Shown here: piece after piece, positions 48,008 to 59,262 of the stretch
Numbering within the stretch: position 1 is the stretch's first letter
Layout of the letters: every line of letters begins with the position of its first letter
Assembly (NCBI GenBank): GCA_963823555.1
Contig: CAWGMA010000003.1
Location: 512,001 to 576,000, forward strand
Direction: 5' to 3'
DNA from: Candidatus Eiseniibacteriota bacterium
GTDB taxonomy: Bacteria; Eisenbacteria; RBG-16-71-46; CAVPCR01
Length of the DNA stretch: 64,000 nt
Position numbers and translations under genes: made by a program
Notes under the pieces: model-generated
What the model saw: the letters and a program-made list of their open reading frames with translations, nothing else
The model's database searches: none
What the model was told of the DNA's origin: nothing

Positions 48008-48721
48008 TTGGGACAGAAGACCAATCCAATCGGATTCCGGCTGGGAATCGTCAAGACCTGGGATTCGAAGTGGTTCGCCAAGCGCGACTACGCGAATCTC
48101 CTCGCGGAGGATCTCTTCATCCGGAAGTACCTGAAGACGCGGCTGAGTCAGGCCGGTGTCTCCAAGATCTTGATCGAGCGAGCGGCCGACAAGGTGACGG
48201 TGACGATCCGCACGGCGCGGCCGGGAATCGTCATCGGTCGTCGCGGCCAGCAGGTCGATCAGCTGCGCGATGAGCTGCAGCACATCACCTCGAAGCAGAT
48301 CCTCCTCAATGTCGAGGAGGTCCGGCGGCCGGACGCGGATGCACAGCTTGTCGCGGAGCATATCGCGCGGCAGCTGGAGCAGCGCGTGGGCTTCCGCCGC
48401 GCGATGAAGAAGTCGCTTACCGCGGCCCGGCGCTCGGGTGCCCTCGGGATCCGTGTCGCTTGCTCGGGACGGCTTGGCGGCTCCGAAATGGCGCGCTCCG
48501 AGCAGTATCGTGACGGGCGGGTGCCCCTGCACACGCTCCGTGCCGACATCGATTTCGCCAAGGCGACGGCCCACACCACCTACGGGTGCATCGGGGTCAA
48601 GACCTGGATCTTTCATGGCGAGAAGCTGGGTGACGAGCCGGAAACGCCTGCTTCCGGAGAGCCCAAGGCGCGCCTACGGCCGCGGCAGTCGGCGATGGCG
48701 CCTTCCAAGAGCGGGGAATAG
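48008..48721 (+). CDS. rpsC: 30S ribosomal protein S3
   Basis: [30 protein letters not shown]. Confidence 0.97.
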   Translation: MGQKTNPIGFRLGIVKTWDSKWFAKRDYANLLAEDLFIRKYLKTRLSQAGVSKILIERAADKVTVTIRTARPGIVIGRRGQQVDQLRDELQHITSKQILLNVEEVRRPDADAQLVAEHIARQLEQRVGFRRAMKKSLTAARRSGALGIRVACSGRLGGSEMARSEQYRDGRVPLHTLRADIDFAKATAHTTYGCIGVKTWIFHGEKLGDEPETPASGEPKARLRPRQSAMAPSKSGE

Positions 48722-48724
48722 GCA

Positions 48725-49147
48725 ATGCTCGCTCCGAAGCGTATCAAGCACAGGAAGCAGCACCGTGGCCGGCGCACCGGGATGGCCTATCGCGGCGCCA
48801 CGGTGGCCTTCGGCAAGTATGGTCTGCAGGCCCTCGACTCGTGCTGGGTGACCAACCGGCAGATCGAGGCGGCGCGTGTGGCGATCACCCGCGAGGTGAA
48901 GCGCGGCGGCAAGATCTGGATCCGCATCTTCCCTGACAAGCCGGTGACGCAGAAGCCGGCCGAGACCCGCATGGGCAAGGGTAAGGGGTCGCCGGAGTTC
49001 TGGGTCGCCGTGATCAAGCCGGGCCGGGTGATGTTCGAGATCGAGGGGATCGAGGAGCCTCTGGCGCGCCGCGCGTTGCAGCTTGGAGCATCCAAGCTGC
49101 CGCTGCGCACCCGCTTCGTGACCCGAGAGGAGCTGACCGGGGAGTAG
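48725..49147 (+). CDS. rplP: 50S ribosomal protein L16
   Basis: RQIEAAR, RMGKGKG. Confidence 0.97.
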   Translation: MLAPKRIKHRKQHRGRRTGMAYRGATVAFGKYGLQALDSCWVTNRQIEAARVAITREVKRGGKIWIRIFPDKPVTQKPAETRMGKGKGSPEFWVAVIKPGRVMFEIEGIEEPLARRALQLGASKLPLRTRFVTREELTGE

Positions 49148-49168
49148 CCCCGGCAGAGGAAGACGAAG

Positions 49169-49669
49169 ATGCGCGAACTGAGTCCACACAAGGTGCGGGA
49201 GTTGAGTGCCGAAGAGGTGCGAATCAAGGTGCGGGACCTCCGCGAGGAGATCTTCAACCTCAGGTTCCGCAACTCGATGCGTCAGCTCGACAATCCGCTC
49301 AAGATCCGCGAAGTGCGCCGCGATCTTGCCCGTCTGCTCACGATCCTCAAGGAGCACGAGCAGGGGGTGAGGTCGCTGGGCATGGCGCCCGTGGCCCCTG
49401 CCGCGGCCGAGGTGAGCGCGGCGGCGCCGGAGGCTGCAGCGAAGAAGCCGGCAGCGAAGAAGGCGGCGGCCAAGAAGACGGTGGCCAAGAAGGCGACAGC
49501 CAAGAAGACGACAGCCAAGAAGGCGGCGGCCAAGAAGGCCCCCAAGGCTGCCAAGGCCAGCGCGTCGACCGGGAAGAGCACGGCCAGGGCGGCGAAGGCG
49601 GGTGCCAAGAGCACGGCCAAGTCGGCGAAGGCGAAGGCCACCAAGGCCAAGACGTCGAAGAGCAAGTAA
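49169..49669 (+). CDS. rpmC: 50S ribosomal protein L29 with a long Lys/Ala-rich tail
   Basis: [29 protein letters not shown] followed by AAKK repeats. Confidence 0.92.
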   Translation: MRELSPHKVRELSAEEVRIKVRDLREEIFNLRFRNSMRQLDNPLKIREVRRDLARLLTILKEHEQGVRSLGMAPVAPAAAEVSAAAPEAAAKKPAAKKAAAKKTVAKKATAKKTTAKKAAAKKAPKAAKASASTGKSTARAAKAGAKSTAKSAKAKATKAKTSKSK

Positions 49670-49708
49670 TCGGGCCAAGGGACGAAGGGCCAGAAAAGCG
49701 GAAGGACG

Positions 49709-49990
49709 ATGGAAGAGACCACGCAGGCGACCACCGTAGAACGGGGAATTCGCAAGGTCCGGGTCGGGACGGTCGTCTCGGACAAGATGCAGAAGACGGT
49801 CGTCATCCAGATCGAGCGTCTGGTCAAGCATCCGATCTATCGGCGTTACGTGCGCCGGCGGAAGCGCTTCAAGGTGCACGACGAGGAAAATCAGTGCCAT
49901 ATCGGTGATGTCGTCTCCTTCATGGAAACGCGACCGATGAGCAAGGACAAGCGCTGGCGTGTGGTCGAGATTCTCCAGCGCGCCAAGTAG
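49709..49990 (+). CDS. rpsQ: 30S ribosomal protein S17
   Basis: GTVVSDKMQKT, ETRPMSKDKRW. Confidence 0.96.
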   Translation: MEETTQATTVERGIRKVRVGTVVSDKMQKTVVIQIERLVKHPIYRRYVRRRKRFKVHDEENQCHIGDVVSFMETRPMSKDKRWRVVEILQRAK

Positions 49991-50017
49991 AGGGCAGTGG
50001 AGCGGGAGTAGGGAGCG

Positions 50018-50386
50018 ATGATTCAGCTGCGGACCATGTTGACCATCTCGGACAACTCCGGGGCGCGAGTGGCCCAGTGCATCAAGGTGCTGGGTGGCAC
50101 GGGTCGACGCTATGCAGGGCTCGGAGACACGGTGGTGGTCGCCGTGAAGGATGCCCTTCCTGGCGCTCAAGTGAAGAAGGGCGACGTGGCCAAGGCTGTC
50201 ATCATCCGCACCCGCAAGGAGCAGCGGCGGAAGGATGGCTCCTACATTCGCTTCGACCACAACGCCGCCGTTCTCATCAACGACCAGAAGGAGCCGCGCG
50301 GGACCCGCATCTTCGGACCGGTTGCCCGCGAGCTGCGCGAGAAGGAGTACATGAAAATCATCTCGCTGGCTCCGGAGGTGATCTGA
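50018..50386 (+). CDS. rplN: 50S ribosomal protein L14
   Basis: [17 protein letters not shown]. Confidence 0.97.
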   Translation: MIQLRTMLTISDNSGARVAQCIKVLGGTGRRYAGLGDTVVVAVKDALPGAQVKKGDVAKAVIIRTRKEQRRKDGSYIRFDHNAAVLINDQKEPRGTRIFGPVARELREKEYMKIISLAPEVI

Positions 50387-50739
50387 TGGCGCACAAGAAG
50401 AGCCCGGCGGTCAAGACGATCATGCACATCGCCAAGAACGACACCGTCGAGGTGATCGGTGGCGATGACAAGGGGACGCGGGGGAAGGTCTTGAAGACGT
50501 TCCCGGAGCGCAACCGCATCATCGTCGAGAAGGTGAATTTCATCAAGCGGCACACCCGGCCGACGCAGAAGAACCCGAAGGGTGGGATCCTGGAGAAGGA
50601 GGCCCCGATCAACGTCTCGAACGTGATGATCGTCTGCCCCAAGTGCGGAGAGAAGACCCGCATGGGGAGCAAGCGCCTCGCCGACGGATCGAAGGAGCGG
50701 GTGTGCAAGAGCTGCCTGGAGATGATCCCGCGCGGCTAG
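50386..50739 (+). CDS. rplX: 50S ribosomal protein L24
   Basis: [30 protein letters not shown]. Confidence 0.95.
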   Translation: MAHKKSPAVKTIMHIAKNDTVEVIGGDDKGTRGKVLKTFPERNRIIVEKVNFIKRHTRPTQKNPKGGILEKEAPINVSNVMIVCPKCGEKTRMGSKRLADGSKERVCKSCLEMIPRG

Positions 50740-50756
50740 CGAAGCAGGAAAACGAG

Positions 50757-51299
50757 ATGAAGCCCAACCTCCAAGTTCATTACGAGAAGGAAGTCGTTCC
50801 AGCGATGATGGAGCGCTTCCACTACAAGAGCGTCATGCAGGCGCCCCGTATGACCAAGATCGTGGTCAATATGGGCGTCGGGGACGCGATTCAGGATTCC
50901 AAGAACATGGACGCTGCGGTCGAGGATCTGAAAGCGATCACCGGCCAGCGCCCGATGATTCGCCGCGCCAAGAAGTCGATCTCGAACTTCAAGCTGCGCG
51001 AGAACATGCCGATCGGGGCTGCGGTCACCTTGCGTGGCCCGCGGATGTACGAGTTCTACGATCGCCTGGTCAATATCGCCGTGCCGCAGATCCGCGACTT
51101 CCGAGGCTTGCCCGATAAGTCGTTCGACGGGCGCGGCAATTACTCGATCGGGCTCACCGAGCAGATCATCTTCCCGGAGATCGACTATGACAAGGTGCAC
51201 AAGATCCGGGGAATGAACATCACCATTGTCACTACGGCCGAAAACGACGAGGAGGGGCGCGAGCTTCTCCGTTTGATGAAGATGCCGTTCCGTCGTTAG
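50757..51299 (+). CDS. rplE: 50S ribosomal protein L5
   Basis: [22 protein letters not shown]. Confidence 0.97.
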   Translation: MKPNLQVHYEKEVVPAMMERFHYKSVMQAPRMTKIVVNMGVGDAIQDSKNMDAAVEDLKAITGQRPMIRRAKKSISNFKLRENMPIGAAVTLRGPRMYEFYDRLVNIAVPQIRDFRGLPDKSFDGRGNYSIGLTEQIIFPEIDYDKVHKIRGMNITIVTTAENDEEGRELLRLMKMPFRR

Positions 51300-51320
51300 C
51301 GACGGGAAGAGGTTCAGAAC

Positions 51321-51506
51321 GTGGCCAAGAAGTCTTGGATCGAGAAGTGCAAGCGGACGCCGAAGTTCAGGGTGCGCACTTACACGCGCTGCCGCCGTTG
51401 CGGCCGATCGCGCGCGTTCATGCGCCAGTTCGGAATGTGCCGGATCTGTTTCCGCGATCTTGCCTTGAGCGGAGAGATCCCAGGCGTGGTGAAGGCGAGC
51501 TGGTAG
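51321..51506 (+). CDS. rpsN: 30S ribosomal protein S14 type Z
   Basis: [21 protein letters not shown]. Confidence 0.96.
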   Translation: MAKKSWIEKCKRTPKFRVRTYTRCRRCGRSRAFMRQFGMCRICFRDLALSGEIPGVVKASW

Positions 51507-51594
51507 CCCATTAGCCGGGTGGGTGGCCTGACGGCGCTCGAGCGCCGCCTGGCGGCTCTCCGGGCGGCGTCAGACGGTCAAGGAGGTTTGCGCA

Positions 51595-51993
51595 GTGTCC
51601 GTCTCCGATCCGATCGCCGATTTCCTGACGTGCATTCGCAATGCCCTGCACGCCAAGAAGCGGCATGTGGACATTCCGTCCTCGAACATGAAGCGCGCCA
51701 TCGCCGAGGTGCTCCACAAAGAGCGCTTCATCCGGGGCTTCAAGGTCATCGAGGATTCGAAGCAGAACGTGATCCGCGTCTACTTGAAGTACGCGGCGAA
51801 CGAGAAGCCGGTGATCAGCGGGATCAAGCGGGTATCAACCCCGGGACGCCGGATCTACGTCGGGAAGGACGAGTTGCCGCGCGTGCTCGGTGGACTGGGC
51901 ACCGCGGTGATCTCGACGACCCAGGGCATCGTGACCGACCGTGACGCCCGCAAGAATGGGCTCGGCGGCGAGGTCATCTGCCACATCTGGTAG
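51595..51993 (+). CDS. rpsH: 30S ribosomal protein S8
   Basis: [27 protein letters not shown]. Confidence 0.96.
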   Translation: MSVSDPIADFLTCIRNALHAKKRHVDIPSSNMKRAIAEVLHKERFIRGFKVIEDSKQNVIRVYLKYAANEKPVISGIKRVSTPGRRIYVGKDELPRVLGGLGTAVISTTQGIVTDRDARKNGLGGEVICHIW

Positions 51994-52011
51994 TGGTTCG
52001 GGAGCGATCTC

Positions 52012-52554
52012 ATGTCGAGGGTAGGAAAGAAAGTCATCCCGGTGCCCAGCGGAGTCGAGATCCGGGCCGACGGGAGCACGGTCAAGGTGAAGGGCCCGAA
52101 GGGCGAGAATGCCTTCACCCTGCCGCGGGGGTTCAAGCTGGCGACGGAGGGGGCGACTGCCACCATCGTCTGTGAGCGGTCGGATCCCCAGGCCAGTGCC
52201 CTGCATGGTCTGTCGCGTGCCCTCATCGCCAACATGGTGAAGGGCGTGAGCGAGGGGTTCACCCGCGTCCTCGAGATCGAGGGCATGGGCTACAAGGCCG
52301 AGTTCAAGGGACGCTCGCTCGAGCTTCAGGTCGGCTACTCGCATCCGGTGGTCTTCGAGCTGCCGGCCGGTATCGAAGGCCAGTGCGAGTCGCCAACGCG
52401 GATCGTGCTGAGGGGTATCGACAAGGGCCAGCTGGGACAAGTGGCCGCCAACGTGCGCGCCTTCAGGCCACCCGAACCCTACAAGGGGAAGGGCATCCGT
52501 TACGAGGGTGAGCATATCCGGCGTAAGGCCGGGAAGTCGGCAGCCAGCGCCTAG
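52012..52554 (+). CDS. rplF: 50S ribosomal protein L6
   Basis: MSRVGK, PEPYKGKGIRY. Confidence 0.97.
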   Translation: MSRVGKKVIPVPSGVEIRADGSTVKVKGPKGENAFTLPRGFKLATEGATATIVCERSDPQASALHGLSRALIANMVKGVSEGFTRVLEIEGMGYKAEFKGRSLELQVGYSHPVVFELPAGIEGQCESPTRIVLRGIDKGQLGQVAANVRAFRPPEPYKGKGIRYEGEHIRRKAGKSAASA

Positions 52555-52620
52555 TTCGCTGGTGCTCCGGCGTCCGCCCGCCGCGCGATGGGCGCGGGGG
52601 TGGGGGTAGAGGAACAGAAG

Positions 52621-52995
52621 ATGCGTTCAGTAGCTCAAGAGCGACGGCAAGGCAGGCTCAACCGGCATCGGCGGATTCGTCGCCAGCTTCGCGGCACCGC
52701 TGAGCAGCCGCGGCTGGCTATTTTCCGCAGCTCGAAGCACCTCTATGCGCAGATCATCGATGATGATCGCGCCAACACTCTCGTTGCCATCTCGACCATC
52801 GAGAAGGCGATCGGTGAGCAGCTCGCAGCATCGGGCAGCGGTCTCAAGCGAAGCCGTGAGCTCGGCAAGCTCCTGGCCCATCGCGCCAAGGAGCGCGGGA
52901 TCACCCAGGTGGCTTTCGATCGCGGTGGCTATCTCTATCACGGGCACGTGAAGGAGCTGGCCGAGGGCGCTCGAGAGGGCGGGCTCAAGTTCTAA
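52621..52995 (+). CDS. rplR: 50S ribosomal protein L18
   Basis: PRLAIFRSSKHLYAQIIDD, FDRGGYLYHG. Confidence 0.96.
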   Translation: MRSVAQERRQGRLNRHRRIRRQLRGTAEQPRLAIFRSSKHLYAQIIDDDRANTLVAISTIEKAIGEQLAASGSGLKRSRELGKLLAHRAKERGITQVAFDRGGYLYHGHVKELAEGAREGGLKF

Positions 52996-53069
52996 GCTGG
53001 CGGTCGCCGATCCGGGCGGCCGGCGGAAGCGTATCGCCGTCCCAGGGGATGGCGAAGAAGGAGTAGGGA

Positions 53070-53690
53070 ATGGCGCAGCGACGCGGTGGACCTCCGCGCG
53101 AGCGCGATCGCAGCCGCGATCGCCGGACCGAGGGCGAAGCCCCGGAACTGGCGGAGCGCGTGATCAACGTGAACCGCGTGGCGAAGGTGGTGAAGGGCGG
53201 ACGCCGCTTCAGCTTCAACGCCATCGTGGCGGTGGGCAACCAGAACGGCAAGGTGGGTATCGGGCTCGGCAAGGCGAACGAGGTCGCGGAAGCGATCCGC
53301 AAGGCCTCGGAGGCCGCGCGCAAGGGGATGACCGAGATCCCGCGCCGCGGCACCACGATCCCGCACGCCATTCTTGGCCATCATGGCGCGGGTCGGGTGA
53401 TGCTCAAGCCGGCGGCGCCCGGTACCGGCATCATCGCCGGCAGTGTCGTGCGCGCCATTCTCGAGTCTGCAGGCATCACGGACATCCTGACCAAGTGCCT
53501 GGGCTCGACCAACCCCCACAATCTGGTGCAGGCCACGGTGAGGGCGTTGCACGGGTTGCGCGACGCGAGCGTGATCGCGGCGGAGCGCGGGACGACAGTA
53601 CGAGGTTTGTTCGGTCTCGAGGAACGAGCCGGGGCGGAGGCGGTCGTGGCCGCCGAGCCGGCCGGTGCGAACTCGGGCGGCCAGGTATAG
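53070..53690 (+). CDS. rpsE: 30S ribosomal protein S5
   Basis: [22 protein letters not shown]. Confidence 0.96.
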   Translation: MAQRRGGPPRERDRSRDRRTEGEAPELAERVINVNRVAKVVKGGRRFSFNAIVAVGNQNGKVGIGLGKANEVAEAIRKASEAARKGMTEIPRRGTTIPHAILGHHGAGRVMLKPAAPGTGIIAGSVVRAILESAGITDILTKCLGSTNPHNLVQATVRALHGLRDASVIAAERGTTVRGLFGLEERAGAEAVVAAEPAGANSGGQV

Positions 53691-53713
53691 GCCAGGTAGC
53701 AGGCCAGGTAGCA
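53679..53713 (+). repeat. Three tandem copies of GGCCAGGTA across the rpsE stop
   Basis: GGCCAGGTATA GGCCAGGTAGCA GGCCAGGTAGCA. Confidence 0.85.
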
Positions 53714-53726
53714 AAGAGGCAGCGGG

Positions 53727-53909
53727 ATGAAGCTCAAGATCACCCAGACCCGAAGCGCGATCCATCGTCGATTCGATCAGAAGCAGACGATTCGCGCCCT
53801 GGGCATCAAGCGTCTGAACGGCACGGTCGTGCACGACGACACCCCGCAGATCCGGGGCATGATCAACAAGGTGAGCCATCTCGTCCGAGTTGAGGAGGTC
53901 CAGTCATGA
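53727..53909 (+). CDS. rpmD: 50S ribosomal protein L30
   Basis: [23 protein letters not shown]. Confidence 0.95.
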   Translation: MKLKITQTRSAIHRRFDQKQTIRALGIKRLNGTVVHDDTPQIRGMINKVSHLVRVEEVQS

Positions 53910-54349
53910 AGCTCGGCGATCTGCAGCCGGCGCCTGGCGCCGTGCACCGCCGCAAGCGACTCGGCCGCGGCACCGGCTCGGGCAAGGGCGGCACCTGCGG
54001 GCGCGGCAACAAGGGCCAGAAGGCGCGCGCCGGCAAGAAGGTGCATCCCTATTTCGAGGGCGGTCAGCTACCGCATCACCGCCGCGTGCCGAAGGTCGGG
54101 TTCACGAATTTCAACCGGGTTCCCTATCAGGTGGTGAACCTGGGCGACCTGGCCGCGTTCCCGGCGGGAAGCAAGGTGACAGGCGCCGAACTCAAGGCCA
54201 AGGGTCTCGTCCGCAAGGCGGATGATCCGATCAAGCTCCTCGCCGACGGCGAGGTCAAGGTGGCTCTCACGGTCCATGTCGACGCCGCCAGCGCGGTGGC
54301 GAAGCAGAAGGTGGAGGCGGCTGGAGGCCGGGTCGCGGGCCGCGAGTAG
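53906..54349 (+). CDS. rplO: 50S ribosomal protein L15
   Basis: [16 protein letters not shown]. Confidence 0.96.
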   Translation: MKLGDLQPAPGAVHRRKRLGRGTGSGKGGTCGRGNKGQKARAGKKVHPYFEGGQLPHHRRVPKVGFTNFNRVPYQVVNLGDLAAFPAGSKVTGAELKAKGLVRKADDPIKLLADGEVKVALTVHVDAASAVAKQKVEAAGGRVAGRE

Positions 54350-54441
54350 CATGAGGAGGACGCGCCGGACGGCCGGTTGGGCCGGCCCCGGACGCAGTCG
54401 TTAAGGCTGGACGCTCAGCGTTCAGCGGAGAAGCGAATCAA

Positions 54442-55767
54442 ATGGCGTTGGTCGAGAGCTTCCAGAGCGTGTTCAGGATCCCAGAGCTGAAGAAGCGGAT
54501 CCTGTTCACGGCCGCGCTTCTCATCATCTATCGCCTCGGCAGCCACGTGCCGACGCCGGGGATCAACGGCGCGGCTCTCGCGTCGTTCTTCCAGGCTCAG
54601 GCCGGGACGCTGTTCGGTCTCTATGACCTCTTCGCGGGCGGGGCGCTGTCGAAGGCGACTATCTTCGCCCTCGGCATCATGCCGTACATCAATGCCTCGA
54701 TCATCCTGCAGCTCCTCGGTTCGGTGATCCCGTACCTCGAGAAGCTGCGCAAGGAGGGCGAGGAAGGGCGGAAGAAGATCACCCAGATCACGCGCTACTG
54801 CGACGGTCTTCTTCGCCGTGGTGCAGTCCTTCGGGTTCTGTCTGTTCCTCGAGGGGCTGCGCGGTGCGGACGGCGTGACGGCGGTGGTGCCCAACCCAGG
54901 AATGGGATTCCGCCTGCTCACCATGCTGACCCAGACCTCGGGCACCATCTTCGTGATGTGGCTCGGGGAGCAGATCACCGAGCGCGGGATCGGGAACGGC
55001 ATCTCGCTCCTCATCTTCATCAACATCGTGGCTCGATTCCCCAACGACGTGCTGAACACGGCGCGTCAGGTCATGAGCGGGCAGCTCAACATCTTCGCCG
55101 GAATCCTCCTCACCGTGTTCATGCTGTTCGTGATCGCAGCCGTCGTGGCCATGACCCAGGCGCAGCGGAAGATCCCGGTCCAGTACGCGAAGCGGATCAT
55201 CGGGCGGCGCATGGTCGGCTCGCTCGAGCATGCTCATCCCGCTCCGGGTCAACGCCGCCGGCGTGATCCCGATCATCTTCGCGCAGTCGATCATCGCCTT
55301 TCCGAGCACGCTGGCCAGTTTCTTCCGGGACAACGAGCTCATGGCGCAGGTGGCCAACATCTTCGCGCCTGCACCAGATCGTGTATGGCCTGCTCTACGC
55401 GGCGATCATCATCTTCTTCACCTACTTCTACACCGCCATCGTGCTCGATCCGGCCGAGCTGGCGGACAACATGAAGAAGCACGGCGGCTTCGTCCCCGGC
55501 ATCCGGCCGGGGAAGAAGACGGCCGAATACATCGACCGGGTTCTGACCCGGATCACCTTGCCGGGAGCGATCTTCCTGGCGGCGATCGCGGTTTTGCCCG
55601 ACATCTTGCTCTATCGCTTCAATGTGCCGTTCTACTTCGGCGGGACGAGCCTTCTGATCGTGGTGGGTGTGGCGCTCGATACCCTGCAGCAGATCGAATC
55701 GCACTTGCTCGTGCGCCACTACGACGGTTTCATGAAGCGAGGGAAGCTCAAGGCGCGGCGCTACTAG
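54442..55767 (+). CDS. secY: Preprotein translocase SecY (three apparent +1 frameshifts)
   Basis: [64 protein letters not shown] across successive frames. Confidence 0.95.
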
Positions 55768-55795
55768 TCGACGGGCGCGCGCCCGGCGCAGACTG

Positions 55796-56389
55796 ATGAA
55801 TCTGATCTTGTTCGGACCGCCTGGGAGCGGCAAGGGAACGCAGGCCAAGCGCATCGAGCGGGAATTCGGAATGGTGCATCTTTCAACCGGTGACATGCTC
55901 AGGCGGGCGGCGGCAGAGCGGACTCCGCTCGGCCTTGCCGCCAAGGAGCTGATGGACGCCGGGCGCCTGGTCCCGGACGCGGTCATGATCGACCTCGTGC
56001 GGGAGCGATTGTCTCGAGGAGTCGAGGCTGGGTTCGTCCTCGATGGCTTCCCGCGGACGATCGAACAGGCCAAGGGACTCGAGGCGATGCTGGCTGCCAA
56101 TGGCGCGCGCGTCGATTGCGTGCTCTCGGTGGTCGTCGCCAAGGAGGAAATCGAGCGCCGCTTGCTCAGTCGATCCGAGATCGAAGGACGGAGCGACGAC
56201 ACCAAGCGGGTGATCGAGAATCGGCTTGCGGTCTATGAGAGCCAGACCCGTCCGGTTGCCGCGTGGTACCGGGAGCGGTCGCTCTTGGTCGAGGTGGACG
56301 GAGGGCGGAGTATCGAGGAGGTCTGGGGAGATATCCGGGCCCTGATCGAGCGCGGTCGGAGCGGAGCGGCGACACCCGCCGCGCACTGA
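55796..56389 (+). CDS. adk: Adenylate kinase (short type, no long LID)
   Basis: GPPGSGKGTQA, STGDMLR, LDGFPRT, GRSDD. Confidence 0.95.
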   Translation: MNLILFGPPGSGKGTQAKRIEREFGMVHLSTGDMLRRAAAERTPLGLAAKELMDAGRLVPDAVMIDLVRERLSRGVEAGFVLDGFPRTIEQAKGLEAMLAANGARVDCVLSVVVAKEEIERRLLSRSEIEGRSDDTKRVIENRLAVYESQTRPVAAWYRERSLLVEVDGGRSIEEVWGDIRALIERGRSGAATPAAH

Positions 56390-56432
56390 TTCGCGAGCGG
56401 ATGGCGCATCGGATCGGAACGGAGTTCGCTGG

Positions 56433-57209
56433 TTGGCACGAATGGCCATGGGAAACATAGCAATCCGCTCGCCGCGGGAGATCGAGCTGATCCGCGCCTC
56501 GAGCCGGATCGTGGCCGAAGTGCTCGACCGGGCTCGCGAGTGGGTGGTCCCCGGGGTGACGACCAAGGAGCTCGATCGCCGTGCCGAGGAGCTGATCCGC
56601 GAGCGGCGCGGGGAGCCGTCGTTCCTGGGGTATATGGGATATCCGGCCTCGATCTGTGTCGCCATCAACGAGCAGGTCGTGCACGGGATCCCGGACGAGC
56701 GCGAGCTCGCCCCCGGAGACATCATCGGAATCGACGTTGGAGTGTTCAAGAACGGCTATCACGGCGACGCGGCGCGCACGTACGCGGTGGGCGAGGTGAG
56801 CCCCGAAGCGCGACGCTTGCTGGAGGCCGGCGAGGAGGCGTTGCAGCGGGCTGTCGATGCCGCTCGCGTCGGGAACTACGTCGGAGACATCGGCTGGTCC
56901 GTGCAATCGTACTGTGAGAGCGCCGGGTACTCGGTGGTTCGCGATCTGGTCGGGCACGGCATCGGCGAGCGGTTGCACGAGGAGCCGCAGGTTCCCAACT
57001 ATGGACGCCGCGGCACCGGGATGCCGCTCCAGGCCGGCATGGTGATCGCCATCGAACCGATGGTGAACGCCGGGGATTGGCGAGTCGTCACGCTGTCCGA
57101 TCAGTGGACGGTGGTGACGGCGGATCGAAAACTATCGGTCCATTTCGAGAACACGGTGGCCATCACCGAAAATGGCCCCGACATTCTCACCCGGATCGAT
57201 CTGAGCTAG
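56433..57209 (+). CDS. map: Type I methionine aminopeptidase
   Basis: NEQVVHGIP, GHGIG..LHEEP, AIEPM, HFENT. Confidence 0.95.
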   Translation: MARMAMGNIAIRSPREIELIRASSRIVAEVLDRAREWVVPGVTTKELDRRAEELIRERRGEPSFLGYMGYPASICVAINEQVVHGIPDERELAPGDIIGIDVGVFKNGYHGDAARTYAVGEVSPEARRLLEAGEEALQRAVDAARVGNYVGDIGWSVQSYCESAGYSVVRDLVGHGIGERLHEEPQVPNYGRRGTGMPLQAGMVIAIEPMVNAGDWRVVTLSDQWTVVTADRKLSVHFENTVAITENGPDILTRIDLS

Positions 57210-57268
57210 AGACTGGCGAGGGGAACGCCCGAAGCGGGCGGTCCTGAAGGCCGTTTTGCGGGAGGCTT

Positions 57269-57487
57269 GTGAGCAAGCAGGAAGGCGTCACGGTCGAGGG
57301 GACGGTTGTCGAGCCCCTGCCGAACGCGATGTTCAGAGTGGAGCTGGAGAACGGGCACAAGGTCCTGGCCCACATCTCCGGGAAGATGCGCCTGCATTTC
57401 ATCCGCATCTTGCCCGGGGACAAGGTAACGGTGGAGCTTTCGCCCTACGACCTGACGCGGGGGCGAATCGTCTACCGCTACAAGTAG
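57269..57487 (+). CDS. infA: Translation initiation factor IF-1
   Basis: [25 protein letters not shown]. Confidence 0.97.
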   Translation: MSKQEGVTVEGTVVEPLPNAMFRVELENGHKVLAHISGKMRLHFIRILPGDKVTVELSPYDLTRGRIVYRYK

Positions 57488-57583
57488 GGGGCCTTGAAGG
57501 CGGTTCTCGCTGCGACCGGAAGCCGGTCGGAACGCCGTGCGCCCGGGAACACCGGGTGTTAGCGGGAAAGGCTTGAGAGAGCC

Positions 57584-57700
57584 ATGAAGGTCAGAGCATC
57601 AGTCAAGAAGATCTGCGAGCACTGCAAGCTCGTGAAGCGGCAGGGAGTCTTGCGCGTGATCTGCAAGCGCAATCCCAATCACAAGCAGCGGCAGGGCTAG
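57584..57700 (+). CDS. rpmJ: 50S ribosomal protein L36
   Basis: Hand-translated [38 protein letters not shown]. Confidence 0.96.
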   Translation: MKVRASVKKICEHCKLVKRQGVLRVICKRNPNHKQRQG

Positions 57701-57718
57701 TCAGGAAGGAGAAGCAAG

Positions 57719-58102
57719 TTGGCGCGCATCGCAGGCGTAGATCTGCCGGCTAACAAGCGGATCGAGATCGGCCTCACCTACCTCTTCGGGGTTGGGGTAT
57801 CCACCGCACGCAAGATCCTGGCCGAGACCGGAGTCAATCCCGATACTCGGGTCAAGGATCTGAACGAGGAAGATACCGCCAAGCTTCGCAGCGTGATCGA
57901 GAACAAGTACAAGGTCGAGGGGAGCCTGCGGACCGAGGTGGCGATGAACATCAAGCGCCTGATGGACGTCGGCTCCTACCGTGGCCTCAGGCACCGTCGC
58001 GGGTTGCCGGTGCGTGGCCAGCGCACGAAGACGAACGCCCGCACTCGCAAGGGGCCGAAGCGCAGCGCCGGCTCGGGTCGCCGGGTCCTCACCAAGACGT
58101 AA
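57719..58102 (+). CDS. rpsM: 30S ribosomal protein S13
   Basis: [27 protein letters not shown]. Confidence 0.97.
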   Translation: MARIAGVDLPANKRIEIGLTYLFGVGVSTARKILAETGVNPDTRVKDLNEEDTAKLRSVIENKYKVEGSLRTEVAMNIKRLMDVGSYRGLRHRRGLPVRGQRTKTNARTRKGPKRSAGSGRRVLTKT

Positions 58103-58113
58103 GGGAGTGAAGC

Positions 58114-58506
58114 GTGGCCAATCCGAAGCCAAAGACCAAGAAGAAGCGCGACAAGCGCGCCAGCGTCAATGGCGTCGCCCATGTTCAGGCGACGTTCAAC
58201 AATACGATCATCACCATCGCCGACGAGACGGGCGGTGTCGTGAGCTGGTCGAGCGCCGGCAAGGCGGGGTTCAAGGGCTCGAAGAAGTCGACGCCCTTCG
58301 CGGCTCAGGTGGCTGCTGACCAGTGTGCGCGCGAGGCGCTCGGACTCGGCATGAAGCGGGTCGAGGTCTGGGTCAAGGGACCGGGTGCGGGACGCGAGGC
58401 GGCCATCCGCTCGCTGCAGGCCGCAGGTCTCGAGGTCGCGGCCATTCGCGACGTGACCCCGATCCCCCACAACGGCTGCCGGCCGCCGAAGCGGCGGCGC
58501 GTATAA
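58114..58506 (+). CDS. rpsK: 30S ribosomal protein S11
   Basis: [27 protein letters not shown]. Confidence 0.97.
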   Translation: MANPKPKTKKKRDKRASVNGVAHVQATFNNTIITIADETGGVVSWSSAGKAGFKGSKKSTPFAAQVAADQCAREALGLGMKRVEVWVKGPGAGREAAIRSLQAAGLEVAAIRDVTPIPHNGCRPPKRRRV

Positions 58507-58610
58507 CGTCGAAATTGGAGCGAGGATAGCGCTAGCAATGGGTTTGGCCTCGCACGGGTGCGAGGCCTCACGAGAGCAAGGCCGGATCGCGGGATTCGGC
58601 GGAGGTCTGA

Positions 58611-59240
58611 ATGGGACGGTATACCGGAAGCGTCTGCCGGCTTTGCCGGCGTGAACGCATGAAGCTCTTCCTCAAGGGCTCCAAGTGCGACACCGACAAG
58701 TGCCCGATCGAGCGGCGTCCGTACCCGCCCGGCGAGCACGGCAAGGACCGACGGTCCAAGGAGTCGGACTACGGAGTGCAGCTGCGGGAGAAGCAGAAGG
58801 CAAAGCGGATCTACGGGTCACGGGAGCGCCAGTTCCGCAACTACTTTGCCGCTGCCGCCCGCCAGACCGGCGTGACGGGCGAGAGGTTGCTGGCGAAGCT
58901 CGAGCTGCGGTTCGACAGTGTCATCTATCGCCTCGGCTTCGCGCCCTCGCGCGCGTCCGCGCGCCAGCTCATCCGGCACCGCCACTTCACGATCAACGGT
59001 CATGTGGTGGACATCCCCTCGTGCCAGGTCGCGGTCGACGACGTGATCGGCGTGCGCGAGCGGGCGCGGAAGCTGAACCTCATCCAGGATGCCATCGAGA
59101 AGCGCGGGGCCCGGCCGATGCCGACCTGGCTCGAGCTCGATGCCGACGGCATGTCCGGTCGCGTGCGGATGTTGCCAGGACGAGAGGAGATCCAGATCCC
59201 GGTCCAGGAGCAGCTCATCGTCGAGCTCTACTCCAAGTAG
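58611..59240 (+). CDS. rpsD: 30S ribosomal protein S4
   Basis: CRLCRRE, QLREKQK, EQLIVELYSK. Confidence 0.97.
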   Translation: MGRYTGSVCRLCRRERMKLFLKGSKCDTDKCPIERRPYPPGEHGKDRRSKESDYGVQLREKQKAKRIYGSRERQFRNYFAAAARQTGVTGERLLAKLELRFDSVIYRLGFAPSRASARQLIRHRHFTINGHVVDIPSCQVAVDDVIGVRERARKLNLIQDAIEKRGARPMPTWLELDADGMSGRVRMLPGREEIQIPVQEQLIVELYSK

Positions 59241-59262
59241 ACCAGACGGAGGCCAGAAGATA

